Positions 18,581-29,434 of a DNA stretch of 64,000 nt are shown one piece after another. The notes below the pieces were generated by a model. It had not been told where the DNA came from. It was given only the letters and a program-made list of their open reading frames with translations, and did no database searches. The position numbers were made by a program, and so were the translations under genes. This DNA comes from a bacterium (lineage in GTDB: Bacteria; Patescibacteriota; Minisyncoccia; Moranbacterales; UBA2206), in assembly GCA_021785125.1 (NCBI GenBank), contig JAJYGF010000004.1:3124-67123 (forward strand), read 5' to 3'. Each line of letters begins with the position of its first letter. Position 1 is the first letter of the stretch.

Positions 18581-19282
18581 TTACCTTCCCAAAACGATCA
18601 CAATGTTCGCGCTTTTTTGTTCGTCCGTCTGCGCCGGCCCCACCGTGGAAGAGACTCTTCTGCCGGTCAATAGTTGGTTTATTTTATTCGCTTCATCCTT
18701 AAATTTTTCGTCGGTATAATAGATAAAATTACCCGCCACACTTGAGATTTCGCCATTGCCCGCCTCCGCCTTAGCATAGCCCTGCGCCACCAAAACATTT
18801 TTTACCTTTCCGGCCAATCCGGATTGCGCCCCTTCATTCAAAATTCTCACCGCAATGTCGCTCGGTGAAATAACGGCAGAGGTCTTGGTTGGTGCTTGTG
18901 ACAACTGCCCTCCAATTGAAGCAACGGGAGATACGGACGACTGGAAATTTCCCGTCGCGATTTTTTGGTCCGCAATCGCAGACCTTATCGCGTCTGCCAT
19001 AGAAGCTTTGGAGTTGGTTGCCGGTCGCCTGCTTTTTTTGAAATGATAATAATAAATGGCACTGGAAACGACAAGCAAAATAACCAATAACAACAGAAAA
19101 ATCCAGATCGCCTTATTTCCGCCGGCCGGTGCTTGCTTCTTATTGTTTCGCCCAAATTTATCTATGGCGGCTCCATCGTTTTTTTTCGGATTTCTTTTTT
19201 GGCGCGGATTTTCCAAAACTGATGCTTCGGTCTTAGCGCTTAGAGCATCGGCTTTATTTTTTATTTTTTTAATTTCTTGCAT
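18581..19282 (-). CDS. membrane-anchored protein with LytR_C-like C-terminal domain
   Basis: N-terminal charged region + TM; C-terminal VKNVLVAQGY...IVIVLGR resembles LytR C-terminal domain. Confidence 0.5.
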   Translation of the reverse strand: MQEIKKIKNKADALSAKTEASVLENPRQKRNPKKNDGAAIDKFGRNNKKQAPAGGNKAIWIFLLLLVILLVVSSAIYYYHFKKSRRPATNSKASMADAIRSAIADQKIATGNFQSSVSPVASIGGQLSQAPTKTSAVISPSDIAVRILNEGAQSGLAGKVKNVLVAQGYAKAEAGNGEISSVAGNFIYYTDEKFKDEANKINQLLTGRRVSSTVGPAQTDEQKSANIVIVLGR

Positions 19283-19355
19283 TTCTTTTTATTTATTATA
19301 CCATATACAATCGCACATTTGCCAAAAGGCTTCGGATAGGCTAACCTATCACTAT

Positions 19356-20339
19356 ATGAAAAAACGAATCTTTTCCGGCGTACAGCCATCGGGAAACCTG
19401 CACTTAGGCAATTACTTGGGTGCCATCAAGAACTGGGTCAAGCTTCAGAATGAATATGAATCCATCTTTTGCGTGGTTGATCTGCACGCCATCACCGTTC
19501 CGCAAGATCCGGAAAAATTAAGAAAAAAAATTATCGAGGTTGCCAAAATTTATCTGGCCGCCGGCATTGATCCGCAAAAATCAACTATCTTTATCCAGTC
19601 TCACGTGCCGGAACACGCCGAACTGGCATGGATCTTGAACACCGTCGCCAAAATGGGCGAAATGGAACGCATGACCCAATTTAAAGACAAAAGCCAAAAA
19701 GAGGGACGCGAAAGTGCAAGCGTCGGACTTTTTGATTACCCGGTTTTGATGGCTGCCGACATTTTATTATACGACACGCAAGTTGTACCGGTTGGACAGG
19801 ATCAATTACAGCACATCGAGCTAACCAGAACATTAGCCAGAAGATTTAATAAAAGTTTCGGTGATACATTTATAATTCCTGAATATTTTATAAAAGAAGA
19901 GGGAAAATTAATCATGGGCTTAGATGATCCATCCAAGAAAATGAGCAAATCCGCTAAATCCGAATATAACTACATCGCCCTGTCCGATGACGAAGAAACA
20001 ATCCGCAAGAAAATAAAAAAAGCCATGACCGATTCCGGCAGCGAGATAGTTTATCGCGACGACAAACCGGCCCTAAAAAATTTGATCAATATTTACTCAT
20101 TATTGACCGACCGATCAACTGGTAACATTGAAAAAATGTATGCCGGCAAAGGTTACGCCGATTTCAAATCCGATCTGGCAGACGTAGTGATCGCATTTTT
20201 GCGACCTTTCCAAGAAAAAATGGCAAAAATTTCTGATGAAGAAGTTTTGGATATATTGAAAAAAGGCGCCGACAAAGTCAGGCCGATCGCTTCTAAAAAA
20301 CTTTCTGAAGTAAAAGATAAAATTGGTTTTATAATATAA
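19356..20339 (+). CDS. trpS: tryptophan--tRNA ligase
   Basis: SGVQPSGNLHLGNYLG (HIGH-type) and KMSKS motifs; start moved to internal Met because the track ORF's first 100 codons overlap the convergent upstream gene. Confidence 0.9.
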   Translation: MKKRIFSGVQPSGNLHLGNYLGAIKNWVKLQNEYESIFCVVDLHAITVPQDPEKLRKKIIEVAKIYLAAGIDPQKSTIFIQSHVPEHAELAWILNTVAKMGEMERMTQFKDKSQKEGRESASVGLFDYPVLMAADILLYDTQVVPVGQDQLQHIELTRTLARRFNKSFGDTFIIPEYFIKEEGKLIMGLDDPSKKMSKSAKSEYNYIALSDDEETIRKKIKKAMTDSGSEIVYRDDKPALKNLINIYSLLTDRSTGNIEKMYAGKGYADFKSDLADVVIAFLRPFQEKMAKISDEEVLDILKKGADKVRPIASKKLSEVKDKIGFII

Positions 20340-20397
20340 TTTCCTTAAACATTGAAAGGCGCCCGAGAGGACGCTTTTTTGTATTGCGTAAAAAATG

Positions 20398-20468
20398 TGG
20401 ACCTAGCGAGAATCGAACTCGCGTATCAGCAATGCGAATGCCACGTTTTACCACTAGACTATAGGCCC
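20398..20468 (-). tRNA. tRNA-Ala (anticodon CGC)
   Basis: GGGCCTA...TGGCA TTCGCAT TGCTG...GCGAG TTCGATT CTCGC TAGGTCC A; G3.U70 Ala identity pair. Confidence 0.6.
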
Positions 20469-20485
20469 GTAAAAAGCGAAGGGTG

Positions 20486-20558
20486 TGGACCTGAGGAGAC
20501 TCGAACTCCTGACCTCATCCATGCCATGGATGCGCTCTACCAACTAAGCTACAGGCCC
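20486..20558 (-). tRNA. tRNA-Ala (anticodon GGC)
   Basis: GGGCCTG TA GCTT AGTTGGTA GAGC G CATCC ATGGCAT GGATG AGGTC AGGAG TTCGAGT CTCCT CAGGTCC A; G3.U70. Confidence 0.75.
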
Positions 20559-20589
20559 GAACATATAAATAATAGCAATAAATCAGTCT

Positions 20590-20630
20590 AAGTCAATAAA
20601 AAGCGGCGGAGAACATAATCCCCGCCGTTT
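20590..20630 (-). terminator. intrinsic terminator after radical SAM gene
   Basis: minus-strand hairpin cggcgg...ccgccg followed by TTTTATTGAC. Confidence 0.5.
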
Positions 20631-20639
20631 AAAAACAAC

Positions 20640-22031
20640 CTATAAATAGAACTTTTTTAACATGCTCAGATACTCGGGTATTTCTTTTGCCACTTTTTTG
20701 ACAGCATTATGTCCGAATATCCCGATGAAAAAATAATCGAGATTCAGGCGTATCCCATGGCGCAAAACATAGCCCCAGGAGTAGAATTTTTCCAACGCGG
20801 CGATGACTGAATTCTGCATTTGCTCCGGAGTCATACTTGCTGGAAGAAACACGACATGCTGACCATCATAACTACCCCACCTCCTGTGCAAAATCATCCC
20901 TTCGTTGCTCATCTGCTTATAAAGCTGAGTACCGGGCAAGGGCGTAATCAGCATAATTTGGATCGACTGCAAGCGCTTGCGGGCAAACCGGGTAATTTCC
21001 AACGCCGTTTTTGCATCGTCGGTATTCGCGCCGACGATGAACATCCCATGGATATCAATCTTTCTTTTGCGTATTTCTTTAATCGCTGACTCGATGTCTT
21101 TCACGGTTTGCTTTTTGTTGTAGGCGTCCAGAGTTGCCTGACTTACCGACTCAAAGCCAATAAAAAGCGTCCGTACCCCTGATTGAGCCAAAAGATCCAG
21201 AAGTTCAGGATCCTTGGCAACATCTGCTCTGACCTGTGCAGAGAGACTTATGTTGAGGTTTTCTTCGATTATCCTCCTTGATAACCGAGCTGTCCGTTTT
21301 CGGTTCGCAGCATAGTTATCGTCGATGATGAAAAATTTCCTATAGCCCAGATCATATGCATACCTGAGCTCGGAAATAACAGCATCATCGGAGCGGAAAC
21401 GCATAGCCCGGCCAAACATCGCCGTCACCGAACAGAAGTTGCACTCAAATGGACATCCGCGTGAAGTAGCGATCGGATAATGCCTTATCTTTTGATAGCC
21501 CCTCACTAACGTAATATCCATCATAGGAATTTCATCAAGGTCCGGCGTCAGTTCGCGATCTTTGTTCCGATATGTTTCACCCCTATGTCGGAACGACAAA
21601 CCATCAATGGATTTAAGTTTTGCGTAAGCATCCTTAAACATGGACGGTGCCATAAAATACTCGACGAGCTCCATGATGGTCTTTTCTCCTTCTCCGCGTA
21701 CCACAAAATCACAATGAAGCAACGCTTCATCAGGCAGAAAAGTCACATGGGGTCCGCCCATAACCACGATCTTCCCTATACTTCGCAGTTGATCTGCGAG
21801 CGCATAAGCCCTTTCCGCCGTCGGAGTAATCGTTGAGATGCCGATGATATCAAAATCCATACGGTTAATGTCAATCGGCACCAAATCCTCGATAAAAACT
21901 TCTGTTTCCAACGCGTTCCCATGTTTCAATCGCAGCAAGGTTGCCATCTCGATTATCCCGCGCCTGGGAATGGGAAATTTCTTAAAGAAATGCACGCCTG
22001 GAGAGCTCGGTTCAACAAATGCAAACTTCAT
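20640..22031 (-). CDS. B12-binding domain radical SAM protein
   Basis: N-terminal cobalamin-binding-like domain; ATSRGCPFECNFCSV CxxxCxxC radical SAM motif. Confidence 0.85.
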   Translation of the reverse strand: MKFAFVEPSSPGVHFFKKFPIPRRGIIEMATLLRLKHGNALETEVFIEDLVPIDINRMDFDIIGISTITPTAERAYALADQLRSIGKIVVMGGPHVTFLPDEALLHCDFVVRGEGEKTIMELVEYFMAPSMFKDAYAKLKSIDGLSFRHRGETYRNKDRELTPDLDEIPMMDITLVRGYQKIRHYPIATSRGCPFECNFCSVTAMFGRAMRFRSDDAVISELRYAYDLGYRKFFIIDDNYAANRKRTARLSRRIIEENLNISLSAQVRADVAKDPELLDLLAQSGVRTLFIGFESVSQATLDAYNKKQTVKDIESAIKEIRKRKIDIHGMFIVGANTDDAKTALEITRFARKRLQSIQIMLITPLPGTQLYKQMSNEGMILHRRWGSYDGQHVVFLPASMTPEQMQNSVIAALEKFYSWGYVLRHGIRLNLDYFFIGIFGHNAVKKVAKEIPEYLSMLKKFYL

Positions 22032-22127
22032 CGTTTTATTCCTTTCAAAAGAGGGTTTATATTTTCAAGATTTGTTCATCATTTGATTTTTAAGCAGCTT
22101 ATACCAATTTCGCACCATATCCGCCCT

Positions 22128-23672
22128 ATGTCAATTAATGCTATAATAAAATCAATGAATAATCTGACAAAACTTTTAAAAAACTTCAAAACAAACCCGG
22201 ACATCTGGTTTTTTTATGGCTTTTTGGCAACCTTCACTCTTTCTATCCGGAAAGTCTTATTTTTTTACCCAATACACGGACAGTTCAATGAGTATTCCGG
22301 GATCTATCTTTATCTAAGCGATATATTTCTAATCTTAGCCTTCATAAGCCATTTTTTTAAATTATACAATAATAATTATAATTTGTCAATAAAAAAAGGG
22401 GGTCGGGTTACATTATCAAAATTGTTCCACGTGGAACAATTATTTTTTATGCTTATCATTTTAGCCTTTTTTTCCTTATTTTGGGCCTCAAACAAAAACG
22501 TCGCGGTTTTTGGATCATTAAAATTACTGGAATTGTTCTTACTTGTTCTTTATGTTTCACGTAGAATTGTTCCACGTGGAACAATTCTGAAAAATTCTTT
22601 CGGGCTGATAATTATTTTCGGATTGATTCAATCCATCATAGGCATCTGGCAATTTATCATCCAACATTCGATTGGATTTTTTTGGCTGAAAGAAAGCCTA
22701 ATCTCACCAAGCATCTCTGGAGTTGCCAAATTAGTCTTTGGGGGAAACAAAATGATCCGTGCCTACGGCTTGTTTCCACATCCCAATATTCTGGGCGGTT
22801 TTTTGTTGGTTTCCATAATTCTAACATTATCAAGCCAAAAAATGTTCTGCACCCATCCAGAAGGAAAAAAATGTTCCACGTGGAACATTTTTTCTTCCGC
22901 AAAGATGAATCAACGTGCGCTTTGGATCATTACTCTGATTCAAATAGTCGCGCTCCTTCTGACATTTTCAAAATCAGCCATGATGGGACTCATAGTTAGT
23001 TTGACATACATATTTGTTCCACGTGGAACAAATTGGCGAAATTTGACCAGGGTTGCAAAAAATGTTCCACGTGGAACACAAAAACAGCTCTTCTTGGCAG
23101 GACTGATTATTCTGGTACTGACATATTTATTCCATCCAAGCACTAATTCTTTCATAACCAAGTCGATCCAAGATCGTTTATTCTTAACAAATGTTTCACG
23201 TGGAACAATTTTGTCTAATCCAATATTTGGCTTAGGCATAGGACAATTCGTAATTGATATGCAAAGATACTATTCCAACAAACTTTTGGATTGGCAGTTT
23301 CAACCTGTCCATAACGTGTTTATCCTAATTTGGGCAGAATTAGGGCTGATCGGACTGCTAATTTTCATCATTCTACTGTGGAAAATGTTCCACGTGGAAC
23401 ACAAACTCGGAACAGACACAAAATGTTCCACGTGGAACATTCCTTTTGAAGCAGAGCATTTATCAATTCCAAATAACAAGACAAATGTTCCACGTGGAAC
23501 AATTCTCAACTCACAAGACATCCAAGTGGCCTTCAAAGGAATCTTGCTTGGATTTATCTTCATCATGCTTTTTGATCATTATTTCTGGGATATCCAGCAA
23601 GGAGAAATAATGTTTTGGCTTGTTATAAGTATTATTGTTGGACTAGAACCAAAAAGTACTATTGACAAATAA
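22128..23672 (+). CDS. O-antigen ligase/polymerase (Wzy_C)-like polytopic membrane protein carrying multiple in-frame palindromic insertions
   Basis: Many TM segments; LTFSKSAMMGLIVSL resembles Wzy_C core; start moved to MSINAI after the convergent radical SAM gene; peptide segments CSTWN / VPRGT / FHVEH are translations of the same 16-bp palindrome in three frames. Confidence 0.6.
   Translation: MSINAIIKSMNNLTKLLKNFKTNPDIWFFYGFLATFTLSIRKVLFFYPIHGQFNEYSGIYLYLSDIFLILAFISHFFKLYNNNYNLSIKKGGRVTLSKLFHVEQLFFMLIILAFFSLFWASNKNVAVFGSLKLLELFLLVLYVSRRIVPRGTILKNSFGLIIIFGLIQSIIGIWQFIIQHSIGFFWLKESLISPSISGVAKLVFGGNKMIRAYGLFPHPNILGGFLLVSIILTLSSQKMFCTHPEGKKCSTWNIFSSAKMNQRALWIITLIQIVALLLTFSKSAMMGLIVSLTYIFVPRGTNWRNLTRVAKNVPRGTQKQLFLAGLIILVLTYLFHPSTNSFITKSIQDRLFLTNVSRGTILSNPIFGLGIGQFVIDMQRYYSNKLLDWQFQPVHNVFILIWAELGLIGLLIFIILLWKMFHVEHKLGTDTKCSTWNIPFEAEHLSIPNNKTNVPRGTILNSQDIQVAFKGILLGFIFIMLFDHYFWDIQQGEIMFWLVISIIVGLEPKSTIDK
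22431..23501. repeat. cluster of 9 copies (plus one half-site) of perfect palindrome TGTTCCACGTGGAACA, often extended to AATGTTCCACGTGGAACATT
   Basis: Copies centred near 22440, 22576, 22880, 23022, 23070, 23200 (1 mismatch), 23394, 23432, 23494; irregular spacing; all inside one CDS. Confidence 0.9.
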
Positions 23673-23801
23673 TAAATTTATGTTTTAATTTGCGTTACCC
23701 AGAGGAAAGCCAAAGGCTATAGATCCCAAGCCTTGCAAAATCCGAAACGTAATAGACAAAATAAAAAACGAGCTTAATGCCCGTTTTTATTTTGTAAAGT
23801 T

Positions 23802-26234
23802 TTATAAGACCGTTGTTGCCGCTACCTTATCTCCGGATTGCGGCCTCATCACTCGCACTCCTTGAGTTGCGCGCCCCAAGACCGAAACACTCTTCAAAGG
23901 AATTCTGATTATCTGACCTTTCTGCGAACTCAAGATCAGATCTTCTTCGATCTCATCTGTATTCATAACATTCGCTCCTATGACATTTCCGGTTTTGGAC
24001 GTAACATTGGCAGTCTTAATTCCCGAACCTCCGCGCTTTTGAACCTTATATTGCTTGAGATCGGATCTCTTTCCATATCCATTTTCAGTTATAATCAAAA
24101 GTTGGTTTCCTTTTTGATTTTTAAATATGGCGTCCATGCCGACAACCTTATCATCTTTTCGTAATTTTATTCCGCGCACGCCAGCCGCGCTTCTTCCCAT
24201 CGGACGAACATCTTTTTCTTTGAAATGGATGGCCTGGCCCTTGGCTGTTGTAATAATGATTTCATCTTCTCCCGTGGTCGCCTCAACCCACCGTAACATA
24301 TCCCCAGCCATCAATTTGATTGCGATAAGACCAGACCTTCTGACGTTGCTGAAATCATCCATGGGGGTTTTCTTTACCGTTCCGATTTCGGTTGTCATAA
24401 AAAGATACTTGAAATTATCTTCTTTGCTGAATGGAATGATAGCCGTTACCGATTCTTCCTGGGATAACTGGAGAAAATTTACAATAGATTGGCCCTTGGC
24501 AACACGGGAAGAAACCGGAATTTCATAGGCCTTTGTTTGAAATACTTTTCCCGAATTGGTAAAAAACAGCAGATCATCATGCGTCATGACTGCCAAAACT
24601 TTCTTGATCGTATCTTCTTCCTTGGTTGTGGCACCGATCACCCCTTTGCCTCCGCGCTTCTGGACTTTATATACGGAAGGGTCCATCCGTTTAATATACC
24701 CTTGTTCCGTAATGGTTATGATAGCCTCCTCATTCGGAATCAAATCTTCCTGCTTGAACTCTCCGACGCCTGATTTTACTATCTTGGTCCTTCTTTCATC
24801 GCCATATTTTTCTTTTACGCGAACCAATTCGCTTTTGACTATACCTAGAATCATTTTTTCACTTTTCAAAATAGATTCGAGCTCTTTGATAAGCGCCACC
24901 TTTTCTTTCAATTCATCCTCGATCTTCTTTCTTTCCAAGCCTGCCAAGGTTTGCAGCCTCATCTCCAAAATTGCCGTGGCCTGTCTTTCGGAAAGTTTGA
25001 AATTTTTCATCAGGTTCGCATGAGCAATCTCTTTTGTCTGCGATTTTTTGATTGTTTCTATGATTGCATCTATATGGTCCAGGGCCTTTTTTAATCCTTC
25101 CAGGATATGAGCCCTGTCTTTGGCCTTGTCCAAATCGAATTGAGTTCGACGAGTAACGACGGATTTTCGATGGATGATGTAATATTCCAAGATGGATTTC
25201 AAATTCAAAACCGACGGCTCGATCCCATCTACAAGCGCCAGCATGTTTACGCCGAAATTTTTCTGCAGATCGGTCAATGAATATAACCTGTTCAGCACTT
25301 TTTGCGGATAAGCGTCCTTCTTCAAATCGATTACCAGACGCACGCCATCTTTGTCCGATTCATCACGTATATCTTTAATGCCGACAATTTTTCCTTCATG
25401 CACCAATTCCGCGATTTTTTCAATCAAAGCCGCTTTGTTGGTCGCATAGGTCATTTCAGTGATCATAATTTGAAAAGCGCCGGCTTTTGTTTCAACGATA
25501 TCCGCCTTGGCCCTGGTCAATATCTTGCCACGACCCGTTCTATAAGCTTCAATAATGTCATTTTTATTGTATATTACGCCTCCGGTCGGAAAGTCAGGTC
25601 CTTTTACAAACTCAACAAGATCTTCGATCGATGCTTCAGGGTTATCTATTAAATATGATATTCCGTCGATCAGCTCTCCCAGATTGTGCGGAGGAATGTT
25701 TGTCGCCATACCGACCGCGATTCCCATACTTCCGTTCAAAAGAAGCTGCGGCAAATTTGACGGCAAGACGGTCGGTTCTTTGTGTTGGCCGTCGAAATTA
25801 GGCACGAAATCAACAGTATTTTTTTCTATATCAATCAGCATTTCTTCCGCAATTGAAGAAAGCTTGGCTTCAGTATAACGATAAGCTGCCGCTCCGTCTC
25901 CATCCATCGAACCGAAATTTCCCTGTCCTTTGACCAGCGGGTAACGCAGAGAAAAGTCCTGCGCCATGCGTACCATGGAGTCATACACCGCCACATCTCC
26001 GTGCGGATGATATTTGCCAAGAACTTCTCCCACAACTGTCGCGGATTTTCTGAATTTTGCATTGGATCGCAAGCCGGTATTCCACATGGAATATAAGATT
26101 CGGCGATGAACCGGCTTCAATCCGTCGCGCACATCCGGCAGGGCGCGCGAAACAATGACGCTCATTGCGTAATCAAGATACGATTGAGCGATTTCTTGGG
26201 TTATTTCTTTTGAATTTATATTTCCTATTTCCAT
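23802..26234 (-). CDS. gyrA: DNA gyrase subunit A
   Basis: AAAYRYTEA active-site Tyr region; C-terminal beta-pinwheel with GyrA-box-like QKRGGKG. Confidence 0.9.
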   Translation of the reverse strand: MEIGNINSKEITQEIAQSYLDYAMSVIVSRALPDVRDGLKPVHRRILYSMWNTGLRSNAKFRKSATVVGEVLGKYHPHGDVAVYDSMVRMAQDFSLRYPLVKGQGNFGSMDGDGAAAYRYTEAKLSSIAEEMLIDIEKNTVDFVPNFDGQHKEPTVLPSNLPQLLLNGSMGIAVGMATNIPPHNLGELIDGISYLIDNPEASIEDLVEFVKGPDFPTGGVIYNKNDIIEAYRTGRGKILTRAKADIVETKAGAFQIMITEMTYATNKAALIEKIAELVHEGKIVGIKDIRDESDKDGVRLVIDLKKDAYPQKVLNRLYSLTDLQKNFGVNMLALVDGIEPSVLNLKSILEYYIIHRKSVVTRRTQFDLDKAKDRAHILEGLKKALDHIDAIIETIKKSQTKEIAHANLMKNFKLSERQATAILEMRLQTLAGLERKKIEDELKEKVALIKELESILKSEKMILGIVKSELVRVKEKYGDERRTKIVKSGVGEFKQEDLIPNEEAIITITEQGYIKRMDPSVYKVQKRGGKGVIGATTKEEDTIKKVLAVMTHDDLLFFTNSGKVFQTKAYEIPVSSRVAKGQSIVNFLQLSQEESVTAIIPFSKEDNFKYLFMTTEIGTVKKTPMDDFSNVRRSGLIAIKLMAGDMLRWVEATTGEDEIIITTAKGQAIHFKEKDVRPMGRSAAGVRGIKLRKDDKVVGMDAIFKNQKGNQLLIITENGYGKRSDLKQYKVQKRGGSGIKTANVTSKTGNVIGANVMNTDEIEEDLILSSQKGQIIRIPLKSVSVLGRATQGVRVMRPQSGDKVAATTVL

Positions 26235-26255
26235 AAAATATTTTAATTGGTTTAT

Positions 26256-26594
26256 TTATTGGCTCATTTGATTGCTTTGCATTTGGCCGGCTTGAATTTG
26301 AGCTTGCGGATTTTGAGCGTTTTGAGCTTGTTCCGCATTGTTGGCATTTTGACCCAGAGAATTTTCAGCATTATTCAGAATGCTTTGCAATGAATTTTTC
26401 TGCTGGTTGAATTCGCCGACAGTTCCGCTAAGATCCGGCATAGAACTCTGCTCCTGAATCATGTCGCTCTTAGCGGAAAAATACCAAATCGTCAACACTA
26501 AAATCATGCTTATGGCCACGAAAAACCATACGTAGCGCATGCGTACATGCTCCGGCCTTTTTCTTATTTCTTCGATTTTTTCACTAAGACCCAT
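26256..26594 (-). CDS. hypothetical membrane protein, Q/N-rich C-terminus
   Basis: Start placed at MGLSEKIEEI just after stop of upstream gene; single TM. Confidence 0.45.
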   Translation of the reverse strand: MGLSEKIEEIRKRPEHVRMRYVWFFVAISMILVLTIWYFSAKSDMIQEQSSMPDLSGTVGEFNQQKNSLQSILNNAENSLGQNANNAEQAQNAQNPQAQIQAGQMQSNQMSQ

Positions 26595-26596
26595 GT

Positions 26597-27256
26597 TTAA
26601 TCGATCGTCATGACCATGACTTCCATATTTTTCTCTTCCAGATCCTTCTTCTTTATGTTCAATTTGGAAGTCTTTATGTTTGAACAATTTCCGATTTCGT
26701 TGCAGAATTTTTTTTCATCATCGATATCGACGGTAGATCCGACCACTTTATAGTGCATAGGTATGATCAGCTTTGGTTCGATTTTTCGAATAATTTCAAT
26801 AGCTTTTTTATAATCGATCGTATACTTTCCACCAACGGGAATCATCAGAATATCCACGCCATCCAACTCTTCCAACTGTTTTTCAGTAAGATCGCCGCCC
26901 AAGTCTCCCGCATGACATATTTTTATATCTTCCGAATCAAGCATAAAAATCGTATTCAAGCCTCTTTCCTGGCCGTTTTGATTGTCATGATAAGTTCCGA
27001 TGCCGACTATATTTATGCCTTTGACCGAATATTCTCCGGGAATATCGATAATAGCCGGATTGCCTTTTAGTGCTTCGACATTATTGTGATCGCGGTGGTC
27101 GTGACTGACCAATACCAGATCAGCCTGGCCTTGAGGCGGTCTTAATCCGATGCTCTTTTCGAACGGATCTAAAAAGACATTTATATCTCCCTGGCCCCGG
27201 CCGGCTGGCTTGGTGGTTATCTTAAAGCAAGAATGGCCATAATACTGGATATTCAT
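26597..27256 (-). CDS. MBL-fold metal-dependent hydrolase (UPF0173-like)
   Basis: YYGHSCF and VSHDHRDH metallo-beta-lactamase motifs; start at MNIQYYGH. Confidence 0.8.
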   Translation of the reverse strand: MNIQYYGHSCFKITTKPAGRGQGDINVFLDPFEKSIGLRPPQGQADLVLVSHDHRDHNNVEALKGNPAIIDIPGEYSVKGINIVGIGTYHDNQNGQERGLNTIFMLDSEDIKICHAGDLGGDLTEKQLEELDGVDILMIPVGGKYTIDYKKAIEIIRKIEPKLIIPMHYKVVGSTVDIDDEKKFCNEIGNCSNIKTSKLNIKKKDLEEKNMEVMVMTID

Positions 27257-27528
27257 AAAAGAATTTGCATTATAATTACAAAAGTATTTTAGCACAGAAA
27301 AAGGGCTGTGTCGATTTTCCTCTTGTCAGAAATATGATTATACTATATACTTTCTTCAGGTTTAATTATTAAGAAAATTGAATATAGGGATGCCTCAATC
27401 CTTAAAAGCAAAATTCTTGATAATTTCCTTTTTTTGAAGGAAATTTTTAATTTTTCTGGCACGTCTAACAATTAACGCGATATGTGCCGATCGCAATCGT
27501 GGGCTCACTTAAGCCACATAATAATTAA

Positions 27529-28758
27529 ATGGCTGACATTTTAGACAAACTGGCGACTGAAGTCGATAAAATCGACGATTCCGCGCCAAAAGTGCAAAAA
27601 GGCACGAAAACAGAAGAAAAATCCGCATCTCCGATGGAAAATCTCCTGTCAGGAGTTGAAATAAGATTTCCCGAAATCAATGATGTCGTCGAAGGAACCG
27701 TGATCGAGGTCGGCTCGAACGCAATTTATCTGGACATAGCTCCTTTCGGCACCGGAATCGTTCTCGGCAGGGAAATAAAAGATGGCATGGGGGGTGGAAA
27801 ACTCAAAGAAGGCGACAAAGTGGCCGCAACTATCATCGATTTGGAAAATGAGGACGGATACATCGAACTTTCGGTACGCGAGGCTTCTTACGAAAAAGCT
27901 TGGGAAGACATCGAAAGCAAGCGTGATACTCAAGAAAAGATCTCGACCAAAGTTCTTAATGCCAACAAAGGCGGACTTCTGATTGAAGTCAATGGCATTT
28001 CCGGATTTCTGCCGGTTTCCCAACTCTCCGGCAAAAATTATCCGCGCGTCGACGACGGCGATAAGAACAAAATTCTTACTTTGCTTAAAAAATTAATCGG
28101 ACAGGAATTGGAAGTCCGCATACTGGATGCGGACCGTGATACGGAAAAGCTCATCGTAAGCGAAAAAGCCGCCCAAAGCGAAAAGGATCGCGAGATTATC
28201 TCCAATCTGAAAACAGGCGATGTGGTCGAAGGCGAGATCAGCGGCGTGGTTGATTTCGGAGCATTTGTAAAATTTTTCCCTAAAGACAAGGAAGAATTGT
28301 CAGAGGAAGATAAATTAGAAGGCTTGGTGCATATCTCTGAACTGGCCTGGCAACTGATCGAGAATCCGCGCGATATCGTAAAAGTCGGAGACAAAGTACA
28401 GGCGAAAATCATCGGCATCGACAATGACAAAATCTCTCTTTCCATGAGGGCCCTGCAAAAAGATCCATGGAGCGTTATTGAAGAAAAGTATAAAACGGGT
28501 GACATCGTCAAAGGTACGGTCAACAGAATCAATCCTTTCGGGGCTTTCGTATATCTCGACAAGGATATTCACGGCCTCGCCCATATAAGCGAGATGTCGG
28601 AAGCATTTCCCGGAAAAAGTATCGATGAGATTATCAAGGTCGGTGAAGAATATGATTGGAAAATCCTGTCCATCGAACCGAAAGAACACAGGATGGGATT
28701 AACCTTGGCTGAAAAAAGGGCCAAGAAAGCCGAAAAAGAAGAGAACGTGAAAAAGTAA
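27529..28758 (+). CDS. rpsA: 30S ribosomal protein S1 (four S1 domains)
   Basis: Repeated S1 domain pattern (G.V.G.V..I...GAFV); 409 aa. Confidence 0.9.
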   Translation: MADILDKLATEVDKIDDSAPKVQKGTKTEEKSASPMENLLSGVEIRFPEINDVVEGTVIEVGSNAIYLDIAPFGTGIVLGREIKDGMGGGKLKEGDKVAATIIDLENEDGYIELSVREASYEKAWEDIESKRDTQEKISTKVLNANKGGLLIEVNGISGFLPVSQLSGKNYPRVDDGDKNKILTLLKKLIGQELEVRILDADRDTEKLIVSEKAAQSEKDREIISNLKTGDVVEGEISGVVDFGAFVKFFPKDKEELSEEDKLEGLVHISELAWQLIENPRDIVKVGDKVQAKIIGIDNDKISLSMRALQKDPWSVIEEKYKTGDIVKGTVNRINPFGAFVYLDKDIHGLAHISEMSEAFPGKSIDEIIKVGEEYDWKILSIEPKEHRMGLTLAEKRAKKAEKEENVKK

Positions 28759-28773
28759 GTCTCGCAATAGCAA

Positions 28774-28798
28774 AAAGCCGCTAAAATAGCGGTTTTTT
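28774..28798 (+). terminator. rho-independent terminator after rpsA
   Basis: aaagccgct aaaat agcggtttttt. Confidence 0.7.
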
Positions 28799-28849
28799 GA
28801 TTTGTCCAGCCCTTGATTTTATCCTAAAATAAGCTTATAATAATTTATC

Positions 28850-29434
28850 TTGATTTATAATATGGCTAAAAGAAAAATCATTATTTCTTTCAATGGAGAT
28901 GAAGGAGCCGGCAAGAGCACTGTCGCCAAGATGGTCGCTGAAAAAATGTCCATTCCTCGCTTTTATATGGGACAAATCTTTCGAGACGCGGCAAAGAAAA
29001 AAGGTCTGCCCCTAGTAGTTTTTCTTGAAGGTTTGGAGAAAAATCCCGAATGGGAAAAAGAGATCGATGATCATGTGATAAATCTGCCCGAGAAAGAAGA
29101 TTCTTTTGTTATAGAAAGCCGAACTGCTTGGCACTTTATCCCTCAATCGATAAAGATATATCTTGAAGTTGACGCGCGAGAGGGGGCGCGCCGGATTTTC
29201 GAACATCTCAAATCAAAAAATCAGCGCAATGAAGGCGCCGATCTTGATTCGATAGAAAAAACGATGGCCAGTCTTGAAAGAAGAAGAAAAGATGATGATA
29301 AAAGATACATGTCTCTTTATGGTATCGACATAAGAAACAAAGATAATTATGATCTTATCATAAACACCACCGGAATCGGCATTGAAAAGGTTTATGACGA
29401 AATCATTCGATTCATTGATGAAAAATCTGCTTAA
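28850..29434 (+). CDS. P-loop NMP kinase, cytidylate kinase-like
   Basis: ISFNGDEGAGKSTVAK Walker A; 194 aa; adjacency to rpsA mirrors the conserved cmk-rpsA linkage. Confidence 0.55.
   Translation: MIYNMAKRKIIISFNGDEGAGKSTVAKMVAEKMSIPRFYMGQIFRDAAKKKGLPLVVFLEGLEKNPEWEKEIDDHVINLPEKEDSFVIESRTAWHFIPQSIKIYLEVDAREGARRIFEHLKSKNQRNEGADLDSIEKTMASLERRRKDDDKRYMSLYGIDIRNKDNYDLIINTTGIGIEKVYDEIIRFIDEKSA

Noticed and set aside
22431-23501. Considered whether the repeated 16-bp element is a CRISPR array
   Set aside because: Spacing between copies is irregular (38 to 304 bp). The unit is a perfect palindrome far shorter than CRISPR repeats. All copies sit inside one continuous protein-coding frame, and no cas genes are nearby.
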